In this document: in pieces, positions 39,921 through 52,380 of the stretch
Numbering within the stretch: position 1 is the first letter of the stretch
How the letters are laid out: each line of letters opens with the position of its first letter
Assembly (NCBI GenBank): GCA_964016885.1
Contig: OZ024746.1
Span: forward strand, 92,318,001 to 92,382,000
DNA: 64,000 nt
Direction: 5' to 3'
From: Eledone cirrhosa
Lineage: Eukaryota
Notes under the pieces: generated by a model
What the model was told of the DNA's origin: nothing
Database searches by the model: none
What the model saw: the letters and a program-made list of their open reading frames with translations, nothing else
Made by a program: the position numbers and the translations under genes

Positions 39921-40794
39921 AACCAATGGGTTTCTTCCCATCGGCTGTATAAATATATTTATTAAACAAGTTATATACAATAGTGATTTAAAGATGTAAA
40001 GTGATGAGTTATGATGTGAGGTTTATAAGAAAGCTGTCTTAAAGCTGTCTTTAATGAAAAAGTAAAAATATCCAAATCAATGTATTATTTTCAGCGAAGG
40101 TGTTAAGTTTTAATGAAAAGCAGATTGTAACTTAAATGTGAAACGTCTTTTCTACGTTACTGAGCTGTGAAATATCTGCTGAATAATTTACTGTTTAAAT
40201 CCAGGTTTCGTTGTTAACACCTGACTTAAGGGAAGGAATTAAAATTTGTTTTGTTCCATTGATTGTTGGCTAAAGAAAGTGGAATATGTTGTGACATTTA
40301 TAGACACAATCTTAGATGTTAAGTTTAGCAGAAAACTATTGATTACTGACTAAACATCTCATTTCTTTAGAGGATTTCAACAAATATAGAATTGAAGAAA
40401 AAATTACATTTTCAGTTGCAGACCACTTTTGAAAGAAAATCATATAAGACCCAGTGATAAAGCCTCAACATAGTAGCTCAATCTGCTTGAAATAGCAGTC
40501 ACTTCTCTCTTAAATCACACCCTACTATCATAAAATAGAGATATCAAGTAATGTAGTTCTGGATACAATATGTCTGAATAAACAAACAAACAAAAATATG
40601 ATTTTCCCATCTAGAATCCAAATCAAGGTTAACCTGGGGCTAAATAACAACAACATCAACATTGACAGAATACAGTAGTAAATGATCAAAGTTGTTAGAT
40701 ATTGTAATAATAGATATAAGGCATGTAATAGATATAAGGTATGTAAAACATTGTCACATTATTTCTCAGTAATAGGACTATTACCAGATAACAT

Positions 40795-41360
40795 CTACGG
40801 CATTTCCCTGAGGCTCGGCCTCAGGATCTGCGAGCCACACCAATGTCGCTGTGGATCCACCATGTACTCTTTTGGTGTAGACCCGCTTTGCTGTCGCCAT
40901 AGTGCCAGCCATGCTGCCCTCAACGCTGCAGGCTTCCCTTCCCAGCTCGAGCCAGTGGGGCTGGACTGAATGGACGGCAAAAGGCCAGATGGCATGACCA
41001 TCTTCCCATTCCGCGGTGGTAAACCCCTCGTCTGGGATGCCACTTGCACATACACTTTTTGCAGCCGCAACTTGGTGCAGTCTGCGACTAACCCAGGTTC
41101 TGCTGCACGTCGGGCTGACAAGGCCAAACTTCTCAAATACTGGTCGCTCTCCGGCAGGTTTGCGGTTGTACCCTGGCAGTGGACGCTTCTGGCGTCCTCG
41201 GCCCTAGGGCTACCTCCCTACTCACCACCATAGGCGCTGAGCTGGCCAGCCGCAGGTGTGAGCCCCACGAGTTAGAATGGCTATTCCAGCGCTTCTCCCT
41301 TGCTGTCCTCCGAGGAAACACCTTCTCCATCCTGTCCGTCGGGGGGGGGGGGGGGGGGCA
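40795..41360 (+). mobile_element. CRE-like LINE 3' fragment, same family as 13200-14210
   Basis: HQCRCG, GKRPDGMTIFPFRGGKPLVWDATC, WLFQRFSLAVLRGN. Confidence 0.85.
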
Positions 41361-41543
41361 TCGCGTATCATTCCATGTTTAAGTATGGTCAATGTAGAAT
41401 ATGTGCCAATAGCCGGTGTGGTTTGATTTCAGGTACTTTTGCATGTCGTTTGAGCTCAACTACCACTACCACCACCACAAACTACCACTACTACCACCTT
41501 GCTCCATATATAAGTTGTCATTAACATCTAAAATACTGTACAT

Positions 41544-41965
41544 AAATAGAGTCAAACATACCTTGATTGAGGCGCTGGGTAGGGGTGCAATGTACTATAC
41601 AGAGAATAAATAGAGTCAAACATACCTTGATTGAGGCGCTGGGTAGGGGTGCAATGTACTATACAGAGAATAAATAGTCAAACATACCTTGATTGAGGCG
41701 CTGGGTAGGGGTGCAATGTACTATACAGAGAATAAATAGAGTCAAACATACCTTGATTGAGGCGATGGGTAGGGGTGCAATGTACTATACAGAGAATAAA
41801 TAGAGTCAAACATACCTTGATTGAGGCGCTGGGTAGGGGTGCAATGTACTATACAGAGAATAAATAGTCAAACATACCTTGATTGAGGCGATGGGTAGGG
41901 GTGCAATGTACTATACAGAGAATAAATAGAGTCAAACATACCTTGATTGAGGCGATGGGTAGGTG
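41544..41965 (+). repeat. ~64-bp minisatellite (~6.5 copies)
   Basis: gtcaaacataccttgattgaggcg at 41551, 41615 and onward. Confidence 0.9.
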
Positions 41966-42165
41966 CAAGGAATAGATGGGGGATAAATAAATAATATATA
42001 CAAATTCAACTTTTAAAAATCACAGAGTCTGAGATGAAATTATTGTCAGGTATTGAAATTTGGAATGTCATGGGTCCTCCTGCAGGAGGAGTGCCATACG
42101 GATGTACACCATGTATTGGGTAATTAAACCTGGTGGAGCCCATCCCTCTGCAGGTCTGAAAACAT

Positions 42166-42215
<50 letters not shown>

Positions 42216-42301
42216 ATATATATAACGAAGGAGGTGTGGTAAGGAACCAGATGGACCATAACGCACCAGAGTACTCAATACTTAGGTTAGTAGAGTGGGT
42301 A

Positions 42302-42419
42302 ATAGGAAAATGTTTGACCCCCGAAGGCAGAGCTCAAGCCGTTTCGACAGCTATTTCAGAAACAGAAATAGCCGTCAAAATAGGTGGAGCTCTGCCGTCG
42401 GGGTCAAACATTTTCCTAT
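42302..42419. repeat. Imperfect palindrome built from the pLTR/ribozyme 3' half seen at 1000-1045
   Basis: ataggaaaatgtttgacccc...ggggtcaaacattttcctat; shares cagagctcaagccgtttcgac with ~1018-1038. Confidence 0.8.
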
Positions 42420-44214
42420 ATATATATGAGAACGAGAGAATCACCCCCCCCCCCCCTCCCCCAGTACTGACCTATTCTCTCCCCATTCTCATTACTGAAG
42501 GTGGGGACCATAGATAATTTATATGTCCATAACTCATTAGGAAAAGATGTTGGTGGGTTCCGAATCTTCTTCTGACCATTACTGTGAAGCTGGCTACCAA
42601 GCCACAGCTCATCCCATCCACCTTCATCACAGGGATAAAGCCACTGACCACCTGATAGGAGCCCACCCCCACCCACCCCTGGTTTTAAAATCAGGTATCC
42701 TCCTTCTAGACACTGCCAACCCAGGCTAATTAGTTCTGTCTACCTGCATTGGATGGCTATTGATTCTCTTGCATTCCATTTGATAAGTTTTATTTCTCGC
42801 CCTGCAGGGTATCCAAGAATCACCCTCCTCACCAAGAGAAGTTTGGTGGGGTTGCTGGTTTAGTTGTTGACAACCCGACCAAGTTGTACAGGGTTACATG
42901 TTACCAGAAGTACTCAACAGTAACCCGACCAGTTTTGGAATAGTACTTTATCTACTTCAAAATGAAAGACAAAGATGACCCCCAGCAGAGTTTGAACTCA
43001 GCTCACAGAGAACTGGAATAAATATTGCAAAGTAATCTAACATTACAACAACTTTTCCAGTTCACTGTCCATGAATTTCCTAATAGCCACAATCATTGCT
43101 CTACAAATGTATTGAGTTCTCTGCTTGAAGTAGTCATAGCTCATACATTATACCAGGGTCAGCTGAAAAGATCATAGGCTGACCAAGATACTCTCACGTA
43201 AAGAAACAATGTAGTTATTAATAAGAAGATTTGAAATTAATATATGCAAGATTTCACAGCTCTAGCATCATCCCTTCATAGTCAGCCTATGACCAAGATA
43301 CTCTCATGAAATGACCAAATGAGGTTTATATTTCGACATAGTCCCTATAAAGAAACAATGTAGTTATTAATAAGGAGAGTTGAAATTAATGTATGCAAGA
43401 TTTCATAGCTCTAGCATCACTGCTTTATAGTCAGTCTATGACCTTTTCAGCCAACTCTCATACTTAAATTTTCACACAATACACACACGTTCATTTTATG
43501 TGCAAAAAATATGTCTCCCTGGTCAGCCATGTAATTCTAGTAAGACAAACAAACTGGTGTTTTAGTCAATGATATTGGTATGGTAGAAATAGCAAACACC
43601 TGAACTAAATGCCTTGCTGTATTAACATCTCTTTACTTTATGAATTAATAAAAGCTGGTGAGGTTGTGGCCGTTATCCCACAAAAACTGTGTAACCTTGT
43701 GTGAGATCTAGAAATCAATAGTGTATCTAACCAGTTTGTTCCCAAACCCAACATATAGAGGAAGTTGTAAACATGACTTTCAATCAACATTATTTTTACT
43801 TTCTCTTTCATATGAAGTAATTCGATACACATTTGCCAGATATTCGACATGGACATTTCTAGTGAATCATGCTCAGTAGGTCACTGATGCCTCTATTTTT
43901 TTTACTCTCTATCTAGTTTGTTTTGTTTTATCTTTTATCTGGCTTTTGTTTTGTTTTTATTTTTTGCGAGTGTTTTGTTGTTTATAATTATTAAGGTAGC
44001 CAGTGCAGAATTAATAAAGTGGATATTGATTGGAAGTGTAACAATTGTTAACCTGTGGTCAGCTGGTCAAGTTATTACTTAGTGGCTATTTCTGGCCTGG
44101 TGTTAGCTATTAATAGATTATCATATGGACAGAGTGAGCAGTAGTTTTACTACATGAGGGTAACTATGACATGAATTGATGTAGGGTACAATGATGATTG
44201 ATATGGACATGTAG

Positions 44215-44500
44215 TGGGGGGGGGGGAGGGTGGCAGGTTATGTGATTGCAGAGGGTGGAAGGTGGTGGTGGAGGGTAGCAGTGGATGGTGGTGGTGGAGG
44301 GTAGGTGGTTGTAGAGGGTGGAAGGTGGTGGTGGAGGGTAGCGGTGGAGGGTGACAGTGGATGGTGGCGGTGGAGGGTAGGTGGTTGTAGTGGATTGAAG
44401 GTGGTGGTGGAGGGTAGCAGTGGAGGGTGACAGTGGATGGTGGCGGTGGAGGGTAGAAGGTGGTGGTAGAGGGTGATAGTGGAGGGTGGAGGGTGCCAGT
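44215..44500 (+). repeat. G-rich low-complexity (GGT/GGA) tract
   Basis: ggtggtggtggagggtag repeats. Confidence 0.8.
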
Positions 44501-44778
44501 GGCCACTTACAATAGAAGCTGATATGAAAGCAAGGTTTGGAAGAAAGATACTTCATGAAATGCTACAGAATTAATTAATCTGTAAAATGTTAAATGAGAT
44601 GTAATCAAATATTGAACAAAGGAAAGAAATGTAAATATCTAACATTGACACAAGGCCAGCAATTTGAGGGAAGGGGGTTAGATTAACCCCAGTACTTAAC
44701 TGGTACTTTATTTTATTGATCCTTGGAAGGATGAATGGCAAAATAGACCTTCATTGGATTTGAACTCAGAATGGAAAC

Positions 44779-45415
44779 ATTGTACATGTAGGAGAGTGTA
44801 AAGATCTATTGTACATGTAGGAGAGTGTAAGGAGCTATTGTACATGTAGGAGAGTGTAAGGAGCTATTGTACATGTAGGAGAGTGTAAGGAGCTATTGTA
44901 CATGTAGGAGAGTGTAAGGAGCTATTGTACATGTATGAGAGTGTAAGGACCTATTGTACATGTATGAGAGTGTAAGGACCTATTGTACATGTAGGAGAGT
45001 GTAAGGACCTATTGTACATGTAGGAGAGTGTAAGGAGCTATTGTACATGTAGGAGAGTGTAAGGACCTATTGTACATGTAGGAGAGTGTAAGGACCTATT
45101 GTACATGTAGGAGAGTGTAAGGACCTATTGTACATGTAGGAGAGTGTAAGGAGCTATTGTACATGTAGGAGAGTGTAAGGACCTATTGTACATGTAGGAG
45201 AGTGTAAGGACCTATTGTACATGTAGGAGAGTGTAAGGACCTATTGTACATGTAGGAGATTGTAAGGAGCTATTGTACATGTAGGAGAGTGTAAGGACCT
45301 ATGGTACATCTATGAGAGTGTCAGGACCTATTGTACATGTAGGAGAGTGTAAGGACCTATTGTACATGTAGGAGAGTGTAAGGACCTATTGTACATGTAG
45401 GAGAGTGTAAGGACA
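44779..45415 (+). repeat. 29-bp minisatellite (~22 copies)
   Basis: attgtacatgtaggagagtgtaagga(g/c)ct. Confidence 0.95.
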
Positions 45416-45659
45416 AAATACTTGGAGCAATAAAAGGAGGAGGAACACAAATTACTGGAAAAGAAGATATTGTAGAAAGTTGGAAAGAAAAAACATCCAC
45501 AGTATTATCTTGATAAACACCACAGTAAGAAGTATAAGGTTATACCAGATGTAGTCCAGTTGACACTGGGGGGAAGGGAGAGGTGAGATACCAGATGTAG
45601 TCAGTTGATATTGAGGGGGAAGGGAGAGATAAAAGATGTAGTCCAGTTGACATTGGGGC

Positions 45660-47238
45660 GTAGTTTGACCACTAGACACTGGGGGGAAAGGAGAGTTGTG
45701 ATAACAGATGTCGTTTGACCACTAGACACTGGGGTGAAAGGAGAGGTGAGATAACAGATGTAGTTTGACCACTAGACACTGGAGTGAAAGGAGAGGTGAG
45801 ATAACAGATGTAGTTTGACCACTAGACACTGGAGTGAAAGGAGAGGTGAGATAACAGATGTAGTTTGACCACTAGACACTGGAGTGAAAGGAGAGGTGAG
45901 ATAACAGATGTAGTTTGACCACTAGACACTGGGGTGAAAGGAGAGGTGAGATAACAGATGTAGTTTGACCACTAGACACTGGAGTGAAAGGAGAGGTGAG
46001 ATAACAGATGTAGTTTGACCACTAGACACTGGAGTGAAAGGAGAGGTGAGATAACAGAGGTAGTTTGACCACTAGACACTGGGGTGAAAGGAGAGGTGAG
46101 ATAATAGATGTAGTTTGACCACTAGACACTGGGGAGAAAGGAGAGGTGAGATAACAGATGTAGTTTGACCACTAGACACTGGCGTGAAAGGAGAGGTGAG
46201 ATAATAGATGTAGTTTGACCACTAGACACTGGGGAGAAAGGAGAGGTGAGATAACAGATGTAGTTTGACCACTAGACACTGGGGTGAAAGGAGAGTTGTG
46301 ATAACAGGTCGTTTGACCACTAGACACTGGGGTGAAAGGAGAGGTGAGATAACAGATGTAGTTTGACCACTAGACACTGGGGTGAAAGGAGAGGTGAGAT
46401 AATAGATGTAGTTTGACCACTAGACACTGGGGAGAAAGGAGAGGTGAGATAACAGATGTAGTTTGACCACTAGACACTGGGGTGAAAGGAGAGGTGAGAT
46501 AATAGATGTAGTTTGACCACTAGACACTGGAGAGAAAGGAGAGGTGAGATAACAGATGTAGTTTGACCACTAGACACTGGGGTGAAAGGAGAGGTGAGAT
46601 AATAGATGTAGTTTGACCACTAGACACTGGGGAGAAAGGAGAGGTGAGATAACAGAGGTAGTTTTACCACTAGACACTGGGGAGAAAGGAGAGGTGAGAT
46701 AACAGAGGTAGTTTTACCACTAGACACTGGGGTGAAAGGAGAGGTGAGATAACAGATGTAGTTTGACCACTAGACACTGGAGTGAAAGGAGAGGTGAGAT
46801 AACAGATGTAGTTTGACCACTAGACACTGGAGTGAAAGGAGAGGTGAGATAACAGATGTCGTTTGACCACTAGACACTGGGGGGAAAGGAGAGTTGTGAT
46901 AACAGATGTAGTTAGACCACTAGACACTGGAGTGAAAGGAGACGTGAGATAACAGAGGTCGTTTGACCACTAGACACTGGAGTAAAAGGAGAGGTGAGAT
47001 AACAGATGTAGTTTGACCACTAGACACTGGGGTGAAAGGAGAGGTGAGATAATAGATGTAGTTTGACCACTAGACACTGGGGTGAAAGGAGAGGTGAGAT
47101 AACAGATGTAGTTTGACCACTAGACACTGGGGTGAAAGGAGAGGTGAGATAACAGATGTAGTTTGACCACTAGACACTGGAGTGAAAGGAGAGGTGAGAT
47201 AACAGATGTAGTTTGACCACTAGACACTGGGGTGAAAG
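45660..47238 (+). repeat. 50-bp minisatellite (~31 copies)
   Basis: tagtttgaccactagacactggggtgaaaggagaggtgagataacagatg. Confidence 0.95.
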
Positions 47239-47702
47239 AAAGTAGATATCAAAATATGTAGATTTGTGAAATAATAGTAATTCCTGACTGTAATATCTGA
47301 CCTGTTTCCATGAGATATTGTAGTGAAAGACCACAAGAAGCAGTAATGTCTTCTAATTGACACATCAGTCTCAAAAGATGTTAATACTTCTCAAAGAAAT
47401 GGAGAAATTACAGAAATATATAACTCTATATATTCACATATATACAGTTTCAGAATATACCGTTAAGGGTGAATGCAGCGATTCTATGCTTAAACTTTAA
47501 TCTGATATTTTAATAAATATATATATATATAATTAAAAGACAGAACTTATCAAATGGGACACAGCTTCAGTCGTTACCTCAGTCACTCAATAATCAATTA
47601 AATTTGTATCATTAAAATTCAAACCCAACTGATTAGAGTTTACACATACGTTAATCAGTGAGGAAGAGAACTTTGTACACAAACACACACACACATATAC
47701 AT

Positions 47703-47756
<54 letters not shown>

Positions 47757-47884
47757 ATCCCGGGTTCAATTGGGGGTAACCACAGTAAGTAAGGTACTCA
47801 ATACATAGCAGAGTGTATACAATATTTAATATAGAACTGGCTTCTACAGGACTAGAACTGTTTCATTCTAATCCTGCAGAAGCC

Positions 47885-47928
<44 letters not shown>

Positions 47929-48222
47929 GTAAGTCCAAAGAATCATTAGATAAAATATATACAGTATTTCCTCTCCCAATCAGTATAAATTAATCACATG
48001 AAAAATCATTTAAACGAGGCTATAAGTTTAAAATGTACTTATGAAGAAATAATAGACAAATGATAGAGATTATTTTCTGCGATGTACAGCCATGTGACAC
48101 TTATCTAATTATTTCTTCTAGCCTGTAGAAATTGACTAGACAAATAGTTAACTACACGGAATTAGGTACAAAATAGAAGTTTGAAGAAAAAATGCACATA
48201 AATTTTATCAGAATTCTCATAG

Positions 48223-48305
48223 TCTCTACCACCGGTGGTTTCGTTCCACTTTTTGGATATACCCGATCTTGGATAAATCCACGAGGCTTGAAGCTCATCA
48301 GGAGA
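48223..48305 (-). ncRNA. Type I hammerhead ribozyme (Penelope pLTR type)
   Basis: Minus strand tctc-CTGATGA-g...c-GAAA-ccaccggtgg-TA-gaga; palindromic stem III, GUA triplet. Confidence 0.75.
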
Positions 48306-48559
48306 TACCCCAGACTGGACTAAGTTTCTTCTACCATGATCCCCGCCAGAAATGAATTCAAAATGGCTAAGAACCATCACGTGGCCAGTGATCAAGGCAG
48401 AAAGTTTGTGATTGGTGCCGGTCGGCGAGTAGGCTGGTTGTTAGAAAGCACAGCCGAATACTGCCTAAAGTTTTACTCAACCTTACAGGAGTATATATTA
48501 AATTCAAAGGGTATATATATATAATTAGATATAGTCAGAGATACATATATGAGTTTGGC

Positions 48560-50690
48560 AACCATTTACAGTGTGGACTGGGAGGTTTTTACCGTGTTAC
48601 CTACACGGCCACATTACAGCGTGGACTGTGTGTTTTTTTGTCATGACACCTATACACGACCTCATTTATTTTGGACTGGTTGTTGTGGTACCAACATAAC
48701 TTTACAGAGAAAGGGTGGTGTTGGTGGGAGTGGGAGGGTGGAGTAAGGGTAGTGGGATGGGGTGTATATTAGGTTAAGAGGTGCCTACTGACTGTGGGTT
48801 TCGCTTTGTACATAGGCAAGGTGGGTCTTCTGTATTACTGCCTGGAGCTAAAGATCTCGGTCTAGTGACATTGTCTTAGAGAGGTGTGTGTAAGGTTGGA
48901 ATTTATCAAATCGTCCCCGGTTTTTCTGGGTCTACGTACTCCATAACTTCCATCAATTTTGATCGCCCTGTACTTTTTTATACAGCTATCATCTTTCATG
49001 CGCATCATGTGGCCATACCAACGTAGTCTTCTTTCAAGTAAACAGCATCTGATCCCTCTTATTCCTAATTTCTCACTTAGTTCATTTATGTTTTGCCGTT
49101 CGCATATATTACTGTTACACATCCAACGGAGCATGCATGCTTCGTTCCTCTCCAGTCTGCGCAGATCCTCTGCACACAATGCCCATGTCTCGATGCCAAG
49201 TAACATTGCTGTTCGTATACAGGCATCATACAATCTGCCTTTCATTTTTAGAGAGAAACCTTTAGTGGCCAATAGTGGTATAAGCTCTCTGAACTTTTTC
49301 CATCCCGTTCTGACTCTGGCTACTGTACTTTTAGAGCACCCTCCACCACTGCTGATTTTGTCACCCAAGTAACGGAAAATGTCCACTATTTCTATGGAAC
49401 TATCTGGGCAATATAAGGAGCTAGTATCCAGTGGGCACTTGTTACTTATTGCACCTGAGCATCAGCCACATATAAAATCTATGTTCTTAGATAGCTTACC
49501 TGTGATATCACCTCTTTTATGTACCCATAGTTTGCATTTGGGACATAAAATGGAATTTCTGTCTACTCCTTTCCTACACATTGAGCATGGCCATTTCCCA
49601 GACGGCACTTGTGCCCTATTTTCCTTTCTACATACTAGAACTTTTGTCTTAGACAAGTTAACTTTAAGGCCTTTTGATTCTAGGCCATGCTTCCTTGTTT
49701 GGAATTTCTTCTCTATGATTCAGCTATGAGAGTTAGATCATCAGCATATAGAAGTTCCCATGGGCAGCCAGTCTTGAACTCCTCTGTTATAGCATGAAGG
49801 GTAATAATAAATAGGAGGGGGCTAAGGACAGAGCTTTGATGAACACCAACTTTTACACTAAATTCTTCACTATATTCATTGTTAATTCTAACCTTGCTGA
49901 CTGTTTCTTTATACATGGCTTGTATAGCTCTCACAAGCCATTCATCTACACCTAGTTTTCTAAGAGGCCACCAGATAATGGAGTGGGGGACTCTGTCAAA
50001 GGTTTTCTCCAAGTCAACAAAAGCTAAGTAGTGGGGTTTACTTTTAGCTAGGTACTTCTCCTGTAGTTGTCGTGTAAGGAAAAGAGCGTCTGTGGTACTT
50101 TTACATGACACAAACCCAAACTACATTTCATCTAGACCAATTTGCTCTCTGATTAGTTGCGCTATAACTCTTTCTGTGACCTTCATGACCTGGTCAACTA
50201 ACTTAATGCCTCTATAGTTTCCCCTATCTAGAGCATCTCCTTTACCCTTGTAGCAGTTAAAGATGATGCGGCTACGCCAGTCCTTTGGTATGACCCCATT
50301 CTGTATTACTTGGTTTACTATCCGGGTGACCATAGTATGTCCCACCATTCCAGAGGCTTTCAACATCACAGCAACTATCTCCGGAGGCCCAGCTGCCTTG
50401 CCTGTCTTCATATCTTTGATTATTTTAACTTGCACCGCTGGTCCCTCTATTGGATCGATTTATATGTATATATATTATTCATTGTTTTTGTCTTAGTATG
50501 GATGAGAAGTGGTATCCATGGTGGAATATTCTTGGACTTATCAGATGTAACAAGTTTGCTAACACATCTATCTATAGAGTTGACATTTCAAAACATATTA
50601 CTCTTTGTGTGTATACATAGCCAACCTCTTGAACTTTTACGAAGTGCTGAGTGGATAAAGTTATTATAATGCATGGAGATTCTATAAAAT
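48560..50690 (-). mobile_element. RTE LINE, decayed RT plus PHD-like finger plus C-terminus
   Basis: YRGIKL, AFVDLEKTFDRV, GVHQSSVLSPLLF, LLYADDL, CSMC...C..CKLWVH, FRYLG, RRLRWYGH. Confidence 0.9.
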
Positions 50691-50795
50691 AGATTATAGA
50701 ATAGGATGAAAATCCTTAGTTAGAAAAAGAAGTTACCATCAGCCACCACAAGGTAACTTCTTTATTAACTATTTTATACTGTCAACCATGCATGA

Positions 50796-52186
50796 GTACA
50801 CCAGTCTCTATAGTACACCATTATAGTACACTACGCTCTATAGTACGCCACTACAGTACACCACTCTCTATAGCACACCACTACAGTACACCAGTCTCTA
50901 TAGTACACCATTATAGTACACCAGTCTCTATAGTACGCCACTACAGTACACCACTCTCTATAGTACACCACTCTCTATAGTATACCACTATAGTACACCA
51001 CTATAGTACACCACTCTCTATAGTATACCACTATAGTACACCACTATAGTACACCACTCTCTATAGCACACCACTACAGTACACGAGTCTCTATAGTACA
51101 CCACTCTCTATAATACACCACTCTATAGTACACCACTATAATACACCACTATAGTACACCAGTCTCTATAGTACACCACTATAGTACACCACTCCTATAG
51201 TACACCACTCTTTATAGTACACCACTCTTTATAGTACACCACTCTCTATAGTATACCACTATAGTACACCACTATAGTACACCACTCTCTATAGTACACC
51301 ACTCTCTATAGTACACCACTATAGTACACCACTCTCTATAGTACACCACTCTTTATAGTACACCACTGTCTATAGTACACCACTATAGTACACCACTCTC
51401 TATAGTACACCACTCTCTATAGCACACCACTACAGTACACCACTCTCTATAGTACACCATTATAGTACACTACGCTCTATAGTACACCATTATAGTACAC
51501 TACGCTCTATAGTACGCCACTACAGTACACCACTCTCTATAGCACACCACTACAGTACACCACTCTCTATAGCACACCGCTACAGTACACCACTCTCTAT
51601 AGCACACCACTACAGTACACCACTCTCTATAGTACACCACTACAGTACACGACTCTCTATAGTACACCACTCTCTATAGTACACCACTCTCTATAGTATA
51701 CCACTATAGTACACCACTATAGTACACCACTCTCTATAGTATACCACTATAGTACACCACTATAGTACACCACTCTCTATAGTACACCACTATAGTACAC
51801 CACTCTCTATAGCACACCACTACAGTACACGACTCTCTATAGTACACCACTCTCTATAATACACCACTCTATAGTACACCACTATAATACACCACTATAG
51901 TACACCAGTCTCTATAGTACACCACTATAGTACACCACTCCTATAGTACACCACTCTCTATAGTACACCACTCTTTATAGTACACCACTCTCTATAGTAT
52001 AACACTATAGTACACCACTACAGTACACCACTCTCTATAGTACACCGCTCTCTATAGTACACCACTCTCTATAGTACACCACTATAGTACACCACTATAG
52101 TACACCACTCTCTATAGTACACCACTCTCTATAGTACACCACTATAGTACACCACTCTCTATAGTACACCACTATAGTACACCAGT
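50796..52186 (+). repeat. 13/17-bp variable minisatellite
   Basis: tagtacaccac(tctc)ta units. Confidence 0.95.
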
Positions 52187-52380
52187 CTTTATTCATCTAC
52201 CGTTACTTAAATCAATGTTGCTCGTTAACCTGAATGTTTTATGGTCATTTTCTTGTCACCTGTGCTACATGATACTAAACCACTTAGTGTCCAATATCCT
52301 GACTTTACTGCCATTTGGCAGCACTGCCATTCTCTGTTCAAACAGAAGCATTTCGTATTTGATGGATACTTTATCATTTT

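Noticed and set aside
43638-43856. 72-aa minus-strand ORF in non-repetitive sequence
   Set aside because: No recognisable motif and no convincing splice sites
44150-44556. Extensin-like Pro/Thr-rich ORFs
   Set aside because: Reverse translation of a GGT/GGA low-complexity tract
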